Part shown: positions 26,201-37,779 of the stretch, piece after piece
Position numbering within the stretch: the stretch's first letter is position 1
Layout: each line of letters opens with the position of its first letter
Assembly (NCBI GenBank): GCA_951406725.2
Contig: OX597830.1
Coordinates: 79,174,001-79,238,000 of the forward strand
DNA length: 64,000 nt
Source: Octopus vulgaris
Taxonomy: Eukaryota
Reading direction: 5' to 3'
The notes under the pieces: generated by a model
The model's database searches: none
Seen by the model: the letters and a program-made list of their open reading frames with translations, nothing else
Told to the model about the DNA's origin: nothing
Position numbers and translations under genes: made by a program

Positions 26201-29200
26201 TGATCTCTTTCGGCACCCTCTTTGATCTTTTTCGGCACCCCTTTGATCTTTGTCGACACTGCTCTTTGATCTCTTTCGGCTCCCTCTTTGATCTTTTTCG
26301 GCACCCTCTTTGATCTCTTTCGGCACCCTATTTGATCTTTTTCGGCACCCTCTTTGATCTTTGTCGGCACTCCTCTGTGATCTCTTTCGGCACCCTCTTT
26401 GATCTTTTTCGGCACCCTCTTTCATCTTTGTCGGCACTCCTCTTTGATCTCTTTCGGCACTCTCTTTGATCTTTTTCGGCACCCCCTTTGATCTTTGTCG
26501 GCACTCCTCTTTGATCTCTTTCGGCACCCTCTTTGATCTTTTTCGGCACACCCTTTGATCTTTGTCGGCACTGCTCTTTGATCTCTTTCGGCTCCCTCTT
26601 TGATCTTTTTCGGCACCCTCTTTGATATTTTTCGGCACCCTCTTTCATCTTTGTCGGCACTCCTCTTTGATCTCTTTCGGCACTCTCTTTGATCTTTTTC
26701 GGCACCCCTTTGATCTTTGTCGGCACTGCTCTTTGATCTCTTTCGGCTCCCTCTTTGATCTTTTTCGGCACCCTCTTTGATCTCTTTCGGCACCCTATTT
26801 GATCTTTTTCGGCACCCCTTTGATCTTTGTCGGCACTGCTCTTTGATCTCTTTCGGCTCCCTCTTTGATCTTTTTCGGCACTCCTCTTTGATCTTTGTCG
26901 GCACTCCTCTTTGATCTCTTTCGGCACCCTCTTTGATCTTTTTCGGCACCCCTTTGATCTTTGTCGGCACTGCTCTTTGATCTCTTTCGGCTCCCTCTTT
27001 GATCTTTTTCGGCACCCTCTTTGATCTCTTTCGGCACCCTATTTGATCTTTTTCGGCACCCTCTTTGATCTTTGTCGGCACTCCTCTTTGATCTCTTTCG
27101 GCACCCTCTTTGATCTTTTTCGGCACCCCCTTTGATCTTTGTCGGCACTCCTCTTTGATCTCTTTCGGCACCATCTTTGATCTTTTTCGGCACCCCCTTT
27201 GATCTTTGTCGGCACTGCTCTTTGATCTCTTTCGGCTCCTTCTTTGATCTTTTTCGGCACTCCTCTTTGATCTTTGTCGGCACTCCTCTTTGATCTCTTT
27301 CGGCACCCTCTTTGATCTTTTTCGGCACCCCCTTTGATCTTTGTCGGCACTGCTCTTTGATCTCTTTCGGCTCCCTCTTTGATCTTTTCGGCACCCTCTT
27401 TGATCTCTTTCGGCACCCTATTTGATCTTTTTCGGCACCCTCTTTGATCTTTGTCGGCACTCCTCTTTGATCTCTTTCGGCACCCTCTTTGATCTTTTTC
27501 GGCACCCCCTTTGATCTTTGTCGGCACTCCTCTTTGATCTCTTTCGGCACCATCTTTGATCTTTTTCGGCACCCCCTTTGATCTTTGTCGGCACTGCTCT
27601 TTGATCTCTTTCGGCTCCTTCTTTGATCTTTTTCGGCACTCCTCTTTGATCTTTGTCGGCACTCCTCTTTGATCTCTTTCGGCACCCTCTTTGATCTTTT
27701 TCGGCACCCCCTTTGATCTTTGTCGGCACTGCTCTTTGATCTCTTTCGGCTCCCTCTTTGATCTTTTTCGGCACTCCTCTTTGATCTTTGTCGGCACTCC
27801 TCTTTGATCTCTTTCGGCACCCTCTTTGATCTTTTTCGGCACACCCTTTGATCTTTGTCGGCACTGCTCTTTGATCTCTTTCGGCTCCCTCTTTGATCTT
27901 TTTCGGCACCCTCTTTGATATTTTTCGGCACCCTCTTTCATCTTTGTCGGCACTCCTCTTTGATCTCTTTCGGCACTCTCTTTGATCTTTTTCGGCACCC
28001 CCTTTGATCTTTGTCGGCACTGCTCTTTGATCTCTTTCGGCTCCCTCTTTGATCTTTTTCGGCACCCTCTTTGATCTCTTTCGGCACCCTCTTTGATCTT
28101 TTTCGGCACCCTCTTTGATCTTTGTCGGCACTCCTCTTTGATCTTAGTCGGCACTCCTCTTTGATCTCTTTCGGCACCCTCTTTGATCTTTTTCGGCACC
28201 CCCTTTGATCTTTGTCGACACTGCTCTTTGATCTCTTTCGGCTCCCTCTTTGATCTTTTTCGGCACCCTCTTTGATCTCTTTCGGCACCCTATTTGATCT
28301 TTTTTCGGCACCCTCTTTGATCTTTGTCGGCACTCCTCTTTGATCTCTTTCGGCACCCTCTTTGATCTTTTTCGGCACCCCCTTTGATCTTTGTCGGCAC
28401 TGCTCTTTGATCTCTTTCGGCTCCCTCTTTGATCTCTTTCGGCACCCTCTTTGATCTTTTTCGGCACCCCCTTTGATCTTTGTCGGCACTGCTCTTTGAT
28501 CTCTTTCGGCTCCCTCTTTGATCTTTTTCGGCACCCTCTTTGATCTTTGTCGGCACTCCTCTTTGATCTCTTTCGGCACCCTCTTTGATCTTTTTCGGCA
28601 CCCCCTTTGATCTTTGTCGGCACTGCTCTTTGATCTCTTTCGGCTCCCTCTTTGATCTTTTTCGGCACCCTCTTTGATCTCTTTCGTCACCCTCTTTGAT
28701 CTTCGTCGGCACTCTTCTTTGATCTCTTTCGGCACCCTCTTTGATCTTTTTCGGCACCTTCTTTGATCTCTTTCGGCACCCTCTTTGATCTTTGTCGGCA
28801 CTCTCTTTGATCTTTTTCGTCACCCTCTTTGATCTTTGTCGGCACTCTTCTTTGATCTCTTTCGGCACCCTCTTTGATCTTTTTCGGCACCTTCTTTGAT
28901 CTCTTTCGGCACCCTCTTTGATCTCTTTCGGCACCCTCTTTGATCTCTTTCGGCACCCTCTTTGATCTTTGTCGGCACTCCTCTTTGATCTCTTTCGGCA
29001 CCCTCTTTGATCTTTTTCGGCACCCCCTTTGATCTTTGTCGGCACTGCTCTTTGATCTCTTTCGGCTCCCTCTTTGATCTCTTTCGGCACTCTATTTGAT
29101 CTTTTTCGGCACCCTCTTTGATCTTCGTTGGCACTCCTCTTTGATCTCTTTCAGCACCCTCTTAGATCTTTTTCGGCACCCTCTTTGATCTTTTTCGGCA

Positions 29201-29630
29201 ATTTCTTTGATCTCTTTCGGCACCCTATTTGATCTTTTTCGGCACCCTCTTTTATCTCTTTCGGGACCATCTTTGATCTCTTTCGGCACCCTCTTTGATC
29301 TTGTTCGGCACTCTCTTTTATCTCTTTCGGCACCCTCTTTGATCTCGTTCGGGACTCCTCTTTGATCTTTTTCGGCACCCTCTTTGATCTTTTTCGGCAC
29401 TTTCTTTGATCTCTTTCGGCACCCTCTTTGATCTTTTTCGGCACCCTTTCTGATCTCTTTCGGCACCCTTTTTGATCTCTTTCGGCACCTTCTTCGATCC
29501 CGTTCGGGACTCCTCTTTGATCTCTTTCGACACCCTATCTCTTTCGGGACTCTTCTTTGACCTCTTTCCGGACTCCTCTTTGATCTCTTTCGGGACTCTT
29601 CTTTTATCTCTTTCGGCACCCTCTTTGATA
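23263..29630. repeat. ~6.4 kb satellite of 22-23 bp units (TCTTTGATCT(C/T)TTTCGGCACCC / CCTTTGATCTTTGTCGGCACT(G/C)C) with higher-order structure
   Basis: Direct reading. Roughly 260 units, homogeneous centre, diverged ends. Confidence 0.95.
23451..23880. repeat. Embedded 9-bp (T/A)GACATTCC arrays in inverted orientation plus 10-bp A(A/T)CCGGTTTG array
   Basis: ~21 units at 23451-23640, ~13 inverted units at 23676-23797, ~8 decamers at 23798-23880. Confidence 0.9.
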
Positions 29631-29642
29631 TCTTTATATATA

Positions 29643-30778
29643 TCTTTATATATATAAAACTGAGAATGTTTGTCTGTCTGTGTGTTTCCCTAATACTTGA
29701 GAACTACACAACCAATTTCATTCAAATTTTACACACGCCTTACTCAGAGTCCGGGGAGTGTCGTCGACAAAAATATTTTTAACCTTTTGCCTAGAGCGAG
29801 CCCACAGCTATATCATATCTTCTCCACTACGATTCCCTAAAACTTGAGAACTACACAATCAATTTTCATTCAAATTTTACACATGTAGTTTCATGGGCAA
29901 AAGAAATGTTCACCTTCTTGCCTAGAGCGAGCCCATAGCAATATCATATCTTCGCCACTATTTCAGTATTACATGTTAAAAGTGAAACAAAAACATTTCT
30001 CTATTATATGTCAGATACTTTCACTTTAACAATAAAAATAATAATAACTATTGAATTATATGTAGTAAGTAATAATTAAAATAATTAAAAAGTATAATAT
30101 AATCGTAACTTTAAAAAAAGTAAAAATAGTAATTGGTATAAAATTGCATCAATGACTTGAACTTGAATAAGTGGTTTTACATGAATGCGAATAAATTAAA
30201 AAATAAATTTGCGTGCAGAAATGTAATAGTCCAGATGGATAAAAGTAAATCAAAGAAAATACTATTGTCTATAAAGTATACAACGTAGAGAAAACAGCAG
30301 ATTTGAACACATGGAGGAAAGCACCTTCGAAAAGTGTCTTGGTGCGACTATGAAAGGTAAATTCGCCACAATAGAAGCAAGGTTCGAGTCAACGGAGCGT
30401 GCAAGGGAGTACTCGACTCGAACTTGCAAAGTGGAAATATATTACATACTTACATTTATATCTGGGACGTAGGAAAAACATTTTTAACGCCTCCCCCCCC
30501 CCCCAAGAAGTAGAGGTAGGCTGGATTGTAGCTACACTTCTATACAAGAGGGTGGACAAGTTACAATTGATCGAAATGACAAGAGACGGGCTAACAATTC
30601 CAGTCTGTTATATATTTTGAGTATTGTTATCACTAGCGATATCAAGATATAACTTTGTATTTTGTATTTTATGTGTAGATGTATATATATAGATGTACAT
30701 GTAATATGTACACATATATATACACATATATACATGCACTAGCACTATGACCCGGCAACGACGGGTCTTTAATGCTAG
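29643..30778 (+). mobile_element. Complete non-autonomous Helitron, family A
   Basis: A|TCTTTATATATATAAAAC 5' end, subterminal hairpin GACCCGGCAACGACGGGTC, CTAG|T 3' end. Confidence 0.85.
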
Positions 30779-30789
30779 TATATATATAT

Positions 30790-30945
30790 ATGTCTGACTT
30801 TCAGTTTCTGTCTACCAAATTCACTCACAAGGCTTTGGTCTGCCTGAGGTTATAGTAGAAGACAATCACCCAAGATGCAACACCGTGAGACTGAATCCGG
30901 AACCGTTTGGTAGGGAAGCAAGCTTCTTACCCCACAGCCACAGGA
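30790..30945 (-). mobile_element. SINE head (2108-2513 family)
   Basis: TTTCAGTTTCTGTCTACCAAAT..GACTGAATCCGGAACC..CACAGCCAC. Confidence 0.7.
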
Positions 30946-31089
30946 GAAATAGAACTCAATGCATGGAAAAGAGCAGAAAAAAGAAACAAAGTTATCCTGA
31001 TGGCCCAGAGTATCGTCCATGACTGTGACATGCACAAAACCTTGAACCCTTGAGTCACTTGCGTAAATTTTCTGCCGTCGAAATACACA

Positions 31090-31147
<58 letters not shown>

Positions 31148-31533
31148 CACACACTACATACTCCCATACACACACACACAGTCCACGCACTCACATATAC
31201 TGAAGCTCAGCAAAGTGAAGTAGAAAGCTAATTAAGATGGAGGTTAAGAATTGCAAAGACTGAATATAAATAAGAGAAAGAGAGAGTGGAGGAAAGAGAG
31301 AGAGAGTGAGTAAGTGAGAGAGAGAGAGAAAGTGGTGGTTGAGGGCATTTTAGAAATCAGATATGATGGGAGGAAAATTTTGTGGAAATACATAAGAAAA
31401 CTAGACACGCCTTATATTGTACATAGACAAACACATGCACGCACGCATACACACACACACACACACAAGCATGTGTGTGTATAGACGGGCAGAGAAGTAT
31501 CACACATACGCGTGTCTGTATGTCTGTCTGAAT

Positions 31534-31883
31534 AAAGGGTAAGGGTAAAGACCCCCTTCGGTCATGAATGACCATGGGATTGCACCTAGAAAGTTACCCT
31601 CCTAGACACAAGTCCGGGCAAGGTTGTTTGTGGAAGACCAGCAGTCGCCCATGCATACCAGCCTCCCCTCTCCACACTACCTATGTTATCCAAAGGAAAG
31701 ACAAAGGTCGATACAGCTTGACACCAGTGACGTCGCAACTCATTTCTACAGCTGAGTGAACTGGAGCAACGTGAAATAAAGTGTTTTGCTCAAGAACACA
31801 ACACGCAGCCCGGTCCGGGATTCGAGCTCACAACCTCACGATCGTAAGCTCGACGCTCTAACCACTGAGCCATGCGCCTTCAC
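31534..31883 (-). mobile_element. tRNA(Arg)-like, CORE-type SINE with 15-bp TSD
   Basis: Head GTGAAGGCGCATGGCTCAGTGGTTAGAGCG..ACG..TCGAATCCC, (TTACCC) tail, TSD TATGTCTGTCTGAAT at 31519-31533 and 31884-31898. Confidence 0.9.
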
Positions 31884-31957
31884 TATGTCTGTCTGAATGT
31901 GTACATATATATGAGTGTGTGTGTTTACGTATGTGTGTGTATATATATATATATATA

Positions 31958-32141
31958 TTTCTTTACTACCCACAAGGGGCTAAACAAAGAGGGGACAAAG
32001 AAGGACATACAATCAGATTAAGTCGATTACATCGACCCCAGTGCGTAGCTGGTACTTAATTTATCGACCCCGAAAGGATGAAAGGCAAAGTCGACCTAGG
32101 CTGAATTTGAACCCAGAACGTAACGGCAGACGAAATACGGC
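31958..32141 (-). mobile_element. Nin-domain SINE
   Basis: Matches 17512-17676. Confidence 0.75.
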
Positions 32142-32179
32142 TATATATATATATATATATATATATTCTTTTATTGTTT

Positions 32180-32527
32180 TATTGTTTTATTTCAGCCATT
32201 TTACTGCCGCCATGCTGGAGCTCCGCCTTTAGTCGAGCAAATCGACCTCAGGATTTATTCTGTGTAAGCCTAGTACTTATTCTATCGGCCTCTTTTGCCG
32301 AACCGCTAAGTTACGGAGACGTAAACACAACAATATCGGTTGTCAAATGATGGTGGGGGACAAACACAGACACAAATACACACACACACACACTCATATA
32401 TATATACGACTGGTTTCTGTCAGTTTCCGTCTCCCAAATCCTCTCACAAGACATTGGTCGGCCTGGGGCTATAGTAGACTGAAGCCGGAACCATGTGGCT
32501 ACTTACTACACAGCCACTCCTGCGCCC
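32180..32527 (-). mobile_element. tRNA-derived SINE (2108-2513 family, internal deletions)
   Basis: Collinear with 2108-2513. Confidence 0.8.
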
Positions 32528-32539
32528 ATATATATAGGA

Positions 32540-33445
32540 AATAATAGAAGTTGAAAATACACTGAGAATAGTTAAAATATTTTTTATTATTATATTTAAT
32601 GATTTAACCGGTTTCACAGTTTTCACTGATTTTCAAATATTTGAAATAGAAAGACGTTGCTTATATCGCTGCTGTTTTGCTTCTGACTAGTGTTTGGAGC
32701 TTGCCCTGTTTTTATAGGGAGTTCATGGCTCAAATTAGTATATGTTTTGAAAAGGGTTTGAAGATAGAAGGTAGAAGATAGTCACATGACTGGTCTTAGA
32801 TATATTTGTAGGTTCCCCGCTACGTCCGAATGTTAGTATCAAATGATAAGTTAAGGCTGACACAGCTGACTGAACAAGTTTAGTGATAGTACTAAACAGA
32901 CAATGTTCTGAATGTTTTTGTAGAGAATGAACATGTGATTAAGTTTAGAACCTTCTGTACGATTCCCGCTACGTCCGTGCGTCAATGTCATGCGGCAGTA
33001 TATTTTGCGCCTAAAATTAAGGCCGACACGGTTGAGTGAACGTATTTAGTTACAATCAAGACATTCCAAATTTAATGTCTGGTAGGAGAGTAGACAGGAG
33101 TCGTTTCTATGTAGTCCAGCGGTTAAAGTTTAGATTGTTAGCTGTATAGGTTCATCATGTTAAGTGGCAGAATGAGTTTTGTGTGTGAATAGTTATTTGT
33201 ATATGTACATTGTTAAAATTTGTTAAGTCTGGGTTTGTACTTCTGTATGAAAGTGTTTTCTTTATTTATCCGTGCTTCATCTGTGGTATTCACTGAACAC
33301 AGGTAGAGTGGGAAGACCTAGAGTTTAGGGGACTTATCTTTTTCACATATGTCTATATGTCCACTCAGTGGAATCTGTCTTGTACTGGAGTCTCGAATTT
33401 GTTGTTAGTGAATGGTCAGTCTATTTCTTAGAGTAAGGTTTGTTT
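32540..33445 (-). mobile_element. Penelope-like element 3' remnant (endonuclease C-terminus plus 3' UTR)
   Basis: Minus translation of ~33225-33440: LRNRLTIH*QQIRD..QIPLSGHIDIC..ARINKENTFIQKYKPRLN, like the Penelope GIY-YIG C-terminus. GAAACCGGTT half-site near 32606. Confidence 0.7.
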
Positions 33446-33620
33446 ACGCTCCCGTAACTTAGTGATTCGGCAAAAGAGACCGATAGAATAAGTACTAGGC
33501 TTAAGAAATAAGTCCTGTGTGGATTTGTTCGACTAAAACCCATTCAAGGCGGTGCCCCAGTATATCACAGTTAAATGGCTGAAACAAGTAAAAGTATATA
33601 TATATATATATATATATATA

Positions 33621-34320
33621 CTAAGCAATAAAGGGTTTAGCAACGAATTGCCTTACCACAGACCGAATTTAGAAATAGCAGTCAAAGAGTTATAGCTATT
33701 TCTTCTACTAGAAAGGGAGATCTCAGTAAAAACACAGCAATTGGAAGGCAGACACAAACAGGTAAGAGAGAATGAATTGACGGCAATCTATCATACAATT
33801 TTAAGTTATCTACGGACGCACGTTTCGAAATCAAGTTTTTAGGAAAGCATAAGAATTAAATATTAAATAATTCTACCTTACCCAAACTTCTTTTCTCTTC
33901 AGCGTAGAATACTATAATCATAAATGATTATATATTGAATTTTGAGATACTAGAAGGCACCAACTCAACTCAGTATCAGAGCGAGCTAGAATCCGCAACT
34001 AGTATCACCAAATTCAAAGTGTGAATGAAAAGATTGTGTCACCAGCCCCTTCCCACCCGCGTGTAGCCAAAACAAGATGCTGTGGTCATCTACTGAGATA
34101 AAATATGGTTATCCGTAATAATGAAGGGTGAAATTAATTAATTTGGAATAATTATCAATTACACCAAGTAGTCTTCGGCATGTAAAAAGCCTCATTCGAG
34201 GAAAATTTAAGTAATACTAAGCAATAAAGGGTTTAGCAACGAATTGCCTTACCACAGACCGAATTTAGAAATAGCAGTCAAAGAGTTATAGCTATTTCTT
34301 CTACTAAAAAGGGAGATCTC
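33621..34320 (-). mobile_element. Terminally redundant hammerhead-bearing element (596-bp monomer plus 104-bp repeat) in (TA)n
   Basis: Direct repeats 33621-33724 and 34217-34320 (one mismatch), hammerhead inside, TA runs on both sides. Confidence 0.8.
33809..33908 (-). ncRNA. Type I hammerhead ribozyme with long stem-II insert
   Basis: TCTACG-CTGAAGA-GAAA..TTTC-GAAA-CGTGCG-TC-CGTAGA. Perfect 6-bp stem I, GUC site. Confidence 0.8.
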
Positions 34321-34389
34321 TATATATATACATCTTTTATCTTTTACTATATATATCATCAAAATAAGCAACAATTATATCCGAGGTAG

Positions 34390-34477
34390 AGTAGTACAAT
34401 TGTTTCATGCTACTTCATTTTATTAAACACTGTAAGTATTACATCAGTTTTAAAATGTCGAGCAATCTTCAGCTACT
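34390..34477 (-). ncRNA. Type I hammerhead ribozyme motif
   Basis: AGTAG-CTGAAGA-TTGCT..AGCAT-GAAA-CAATTG-TA-CTACT. Palindromic stem III, GUA site. Confidence 0.7.
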
Positions 34478-34623
34478 TATAGAATTTTCCAATCAAACGG
34501 ACAACGCACATTTTTATCTCTATTTCATTTGCCAACATTATAAATTTAAGTAAATATTCTTTAGATAATTTTCTAAAGGATTTCAATAAATATTAGTATC
34601 TTATATAGAAATCATTTCATGTT

Positions 34624-34707
<84 letters not shown>

Positions 34708-35481
34708 CCATTTCTATTAATATATAATCATAATTAGCTAGTAAATGGTGATTTTTTAATGAGTTGAATTAAAAGAAAATGTTATACATAATATTTACTA
34801 ACTGTGGAAAAAAAAGAAAAAAATTAATAATTTAGCTCATATATCGGGAGTCAATGAGATATATTAAAAAGTAATGGAAGGGAGGTAATCAAGATGAACC
34901 AAGTAATTTCTCTAGATATATAGAATTTTTGAATAAGGCTTGTTTAAGGATGTTGAACGAAACACCCATGTTTCCAAATGTGAATTATTCAAGCCTCAAA
35001 GAATTCCTCTCAACACATGGTTATGATGCTCCCCCGCAACTTCTGATCGTGATCAGAGATTCACATGTCATCAGCCACTTAGGGACATGCTCAACTGGTT
35101 AAGGTCAAACAACTGACAAGCAAATCTGTGGTATTGAGCGGAATATTTGCTGTAGCCCATCGTTTATACCAAGACAAAACATGCGCACGATAACTCTTCC
35201 AATCAGTTAAGATACATCAAAAGCCGCGAGAGCCACTACCTGGTACTGCATCAGGGCATCATCATCATCGTGATCATCATCTTCATCATCATGATCATCA
35301 TCATGATCATGATGATGATGATGATGATGATGATGATCATCATCATCATCATGATCATCATTGTCCGTCTTTACGTTCTAAGTTCAAATGCCGCCAGGAT
35401 TGACTTAGCTTTTTATCCTTTCAGGATCGATAAAATTAATAAAAATTGAACATTGATGTCCTTGTGCCAAAATTTCAAACC

Positions 35482-35529
<48 letters not shown>

Positions 35530-36227
35530 TCGCTTTCTTTCTTTCCGTCTTTCTTTATTTCTCTCCCCCCTCTCTCTTTCACCCTTTATATTTGTATATG
35601 TACATTTCTACTTGTGCGTGCGTTTGCTTCTTGTGCCAAAAGTACTGCCGCCAAAACAAATTCACTGTCCAATCAATCGTACCAAATTGTCGGCATCTCA
35701 CAGCAACTACACACAATCGTTTCAGTGCAGAACTAAAAAATCTACTTTCATTTTTCCTATCCAGTAGAAATTGAGCCCAAATGGTTAAGATCGTTGAAAT
35801 CCTGCTTGTAGAAATAATGGTTGTGTGTTCAAGCCCAGTTGAAAGTTGATGACAGTCGGAATTTTAAGATGGAAACTTAGTGTAGCTGGTAATGTCGAGA
35901 CGCTGCTAGGCTGAAGCGATAGCAATAATGGAATACTGCTTCCACGTTCTGGGACATTTTGTATCACATTCAGAGTAGAACCACTCACTTGATTGGTAAT
36001 TAATCACTAACGGACACACTCTATCCTCTGGCATGCTCTCATCTTTCTTTCCTGTCGCTACTATCATAATCTCTGTTCCTAGGAGCAATCCAATCGTCTT
36101 TCTACTTCTCGTCGCCTTTGTGGCATCCAACTATCTGCGATACCAAACTAACCATTATTCCTAGTCCTTCCATCCAAGAACAAAATCCCTCAGAAATCTT
36201 CTTTCTATTCATGTCTTTCTTACAGGT

Positions 36228-36565
36228 AAAAGTAAATTGGAAAAAAGGCCCCCACTTCGATCATGCATAACCATGAGATTGCACCTAGAAAGTTCCCTTC
36301 CGAGACAAAAGTCCGTGCAAGATCAGCAGTTGTCCATGCATACCAGCCTCCCATCTCCAAACCATCGATGTTACCTAATGGAAAGGCAAAGGCCAATACA
36401 GCTTGGTACCAGTGACGTCGCAACTAATTTCTACAGCTGAGTGAACTGGAACAACGTGAAATAAAGTGTCTTTCTCACGAACACAATACACAATCCGGTC
36501 TGAGAATTGAACTCTGTAGCTCATGATTGTGAGCCCAACGATCTAATCACTGAGCCATGCACCTT
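36228..36565 (-). mobile_element. CORE-type SINE (older copy of 31534-31883)
   Basis: Collinear similarity. Confidence 0.8.
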
Positions 36566-36696
36566 CTTACAAGTATTAAACCTTAAACAGTTCAAACGCA
36601 ACATTAAAAAAAAAAATTCTTGAGCCTTAGGATTCATAAAGCCAGTTATCCGGTCTTTATGTTTTATAAGTGACTGAAATCACAACATCTGAGTGT

Positions 36697-36755
36697 ATTC
36701 TACTGACGAGGCAAAGCATTTCTAAATGCAAAGTCAGAAATCCGGGATCTAGAAT
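36697..36755 (+). ncRNA. Type I hammerhead ribozyme motif
   Basis: ATTCTA-CTGACGA-GGC..GCATT/AATGC..GTCA-GAAA-TCCGGGA-TC-TAGAAT. Perfect 6-bp stem I, AUC site. Confidence 0.75.
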
Positions 36756-36897
36756 TATCCAGTAATTTTTTACTAGTTTCATCTTGTCTCTTTGTCTTTT
36801 CTCCATGTTGCTATATGAAAACTTAAGGTGGTTTTAGAGTCGGTTCATGGCTGCTGTTTTCAGCTAGGTGGTATCTCGTAGATACCCTAATTTATAA

Positions 36898-36957
<60 letters not shown>

Positions 36958-37028
36958 CTTAGAGAAGAAGAAACGAAACGAAACGAAACGAATCGAATCG
37001 AATCGACGCGAGGGCGCTCAGTCATACA

Positions 37029-37470
37029 ATAGTGTAATAAATAAAATATATGCATACATACATACATATATGTACGTACCTACATCTACATGTATATATA
37101 CATGCATATATAAATATATATACGTGAGTACAGGACACCACAAATAGACGTAGAACTCAACGAGAAACGAAAACGGAAAAACAAGCATGGAACGGACCTT
37201 TTTTTAACAACGAAAAAACAGGGTACAAGACAAACACACAAGGAAAAATCCCCTTCATCAGCTGTTAGTTCAACACCAGCGTGTTTTTTCGTTGTTAAAA
37301 AAAGGTCCGTTCCATGCTTGTTTTTACCGTTTTCGTTTCTCGTTGAGTTCTACGTCTATTTGTGGTGTCCTGTACTCACGTATATATATTTATATATGCA
37401 TGTATATATACATGTAGATGTAGGTACGTATATATATATGTATGTATGTATGCATATATTTTATTTATTA

Positions 37471-37476
<6 letters not shown>
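37029..37476. repeat. ~190-bp near-perfect inverted repeat
   Basis: ~37029-37220 is the reverse complement of ~37282-37476. The spacer carries a minus-strand CTGATGA half-site. Confidence 0.85.
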
Positions 37477-37515
<39 letters not shown>

Positions 37516-37779
37516 TATACATACATATATATATACACACACACATATATATATACATACATACATACATACAAACATACATACATGTATGTGTGTGTAT
37601 GTCCACCATCGGTGTTAGTGTGTTTACAACACCGTAACTAGCAGTTTGGCAAAAGAGACCTATAGAATAAGTACTAGGTTTAAAAAAAAGCCCTAGCGTC
37701 GATTTGCTCGACTAAAACCATTCAAAGCAGTGCTCCAGCATGACCACAGTCAAATGACCGACACAAAAGAAATAATAGT

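Noticed and set aside
23263-29630. CRISPR-like array
   Set aside because: Units are contiguous with no unique spacers, there are no cas genes, and the context is eukaryotic.
23260-29657. Long K/E/R-rich ORFs on the minus strand (up to 407 aa)
   Set aside because: All three frames are open because the satellite unit lacks stops. The 22/23-bp units do not keep frame, so there is no coding signal.
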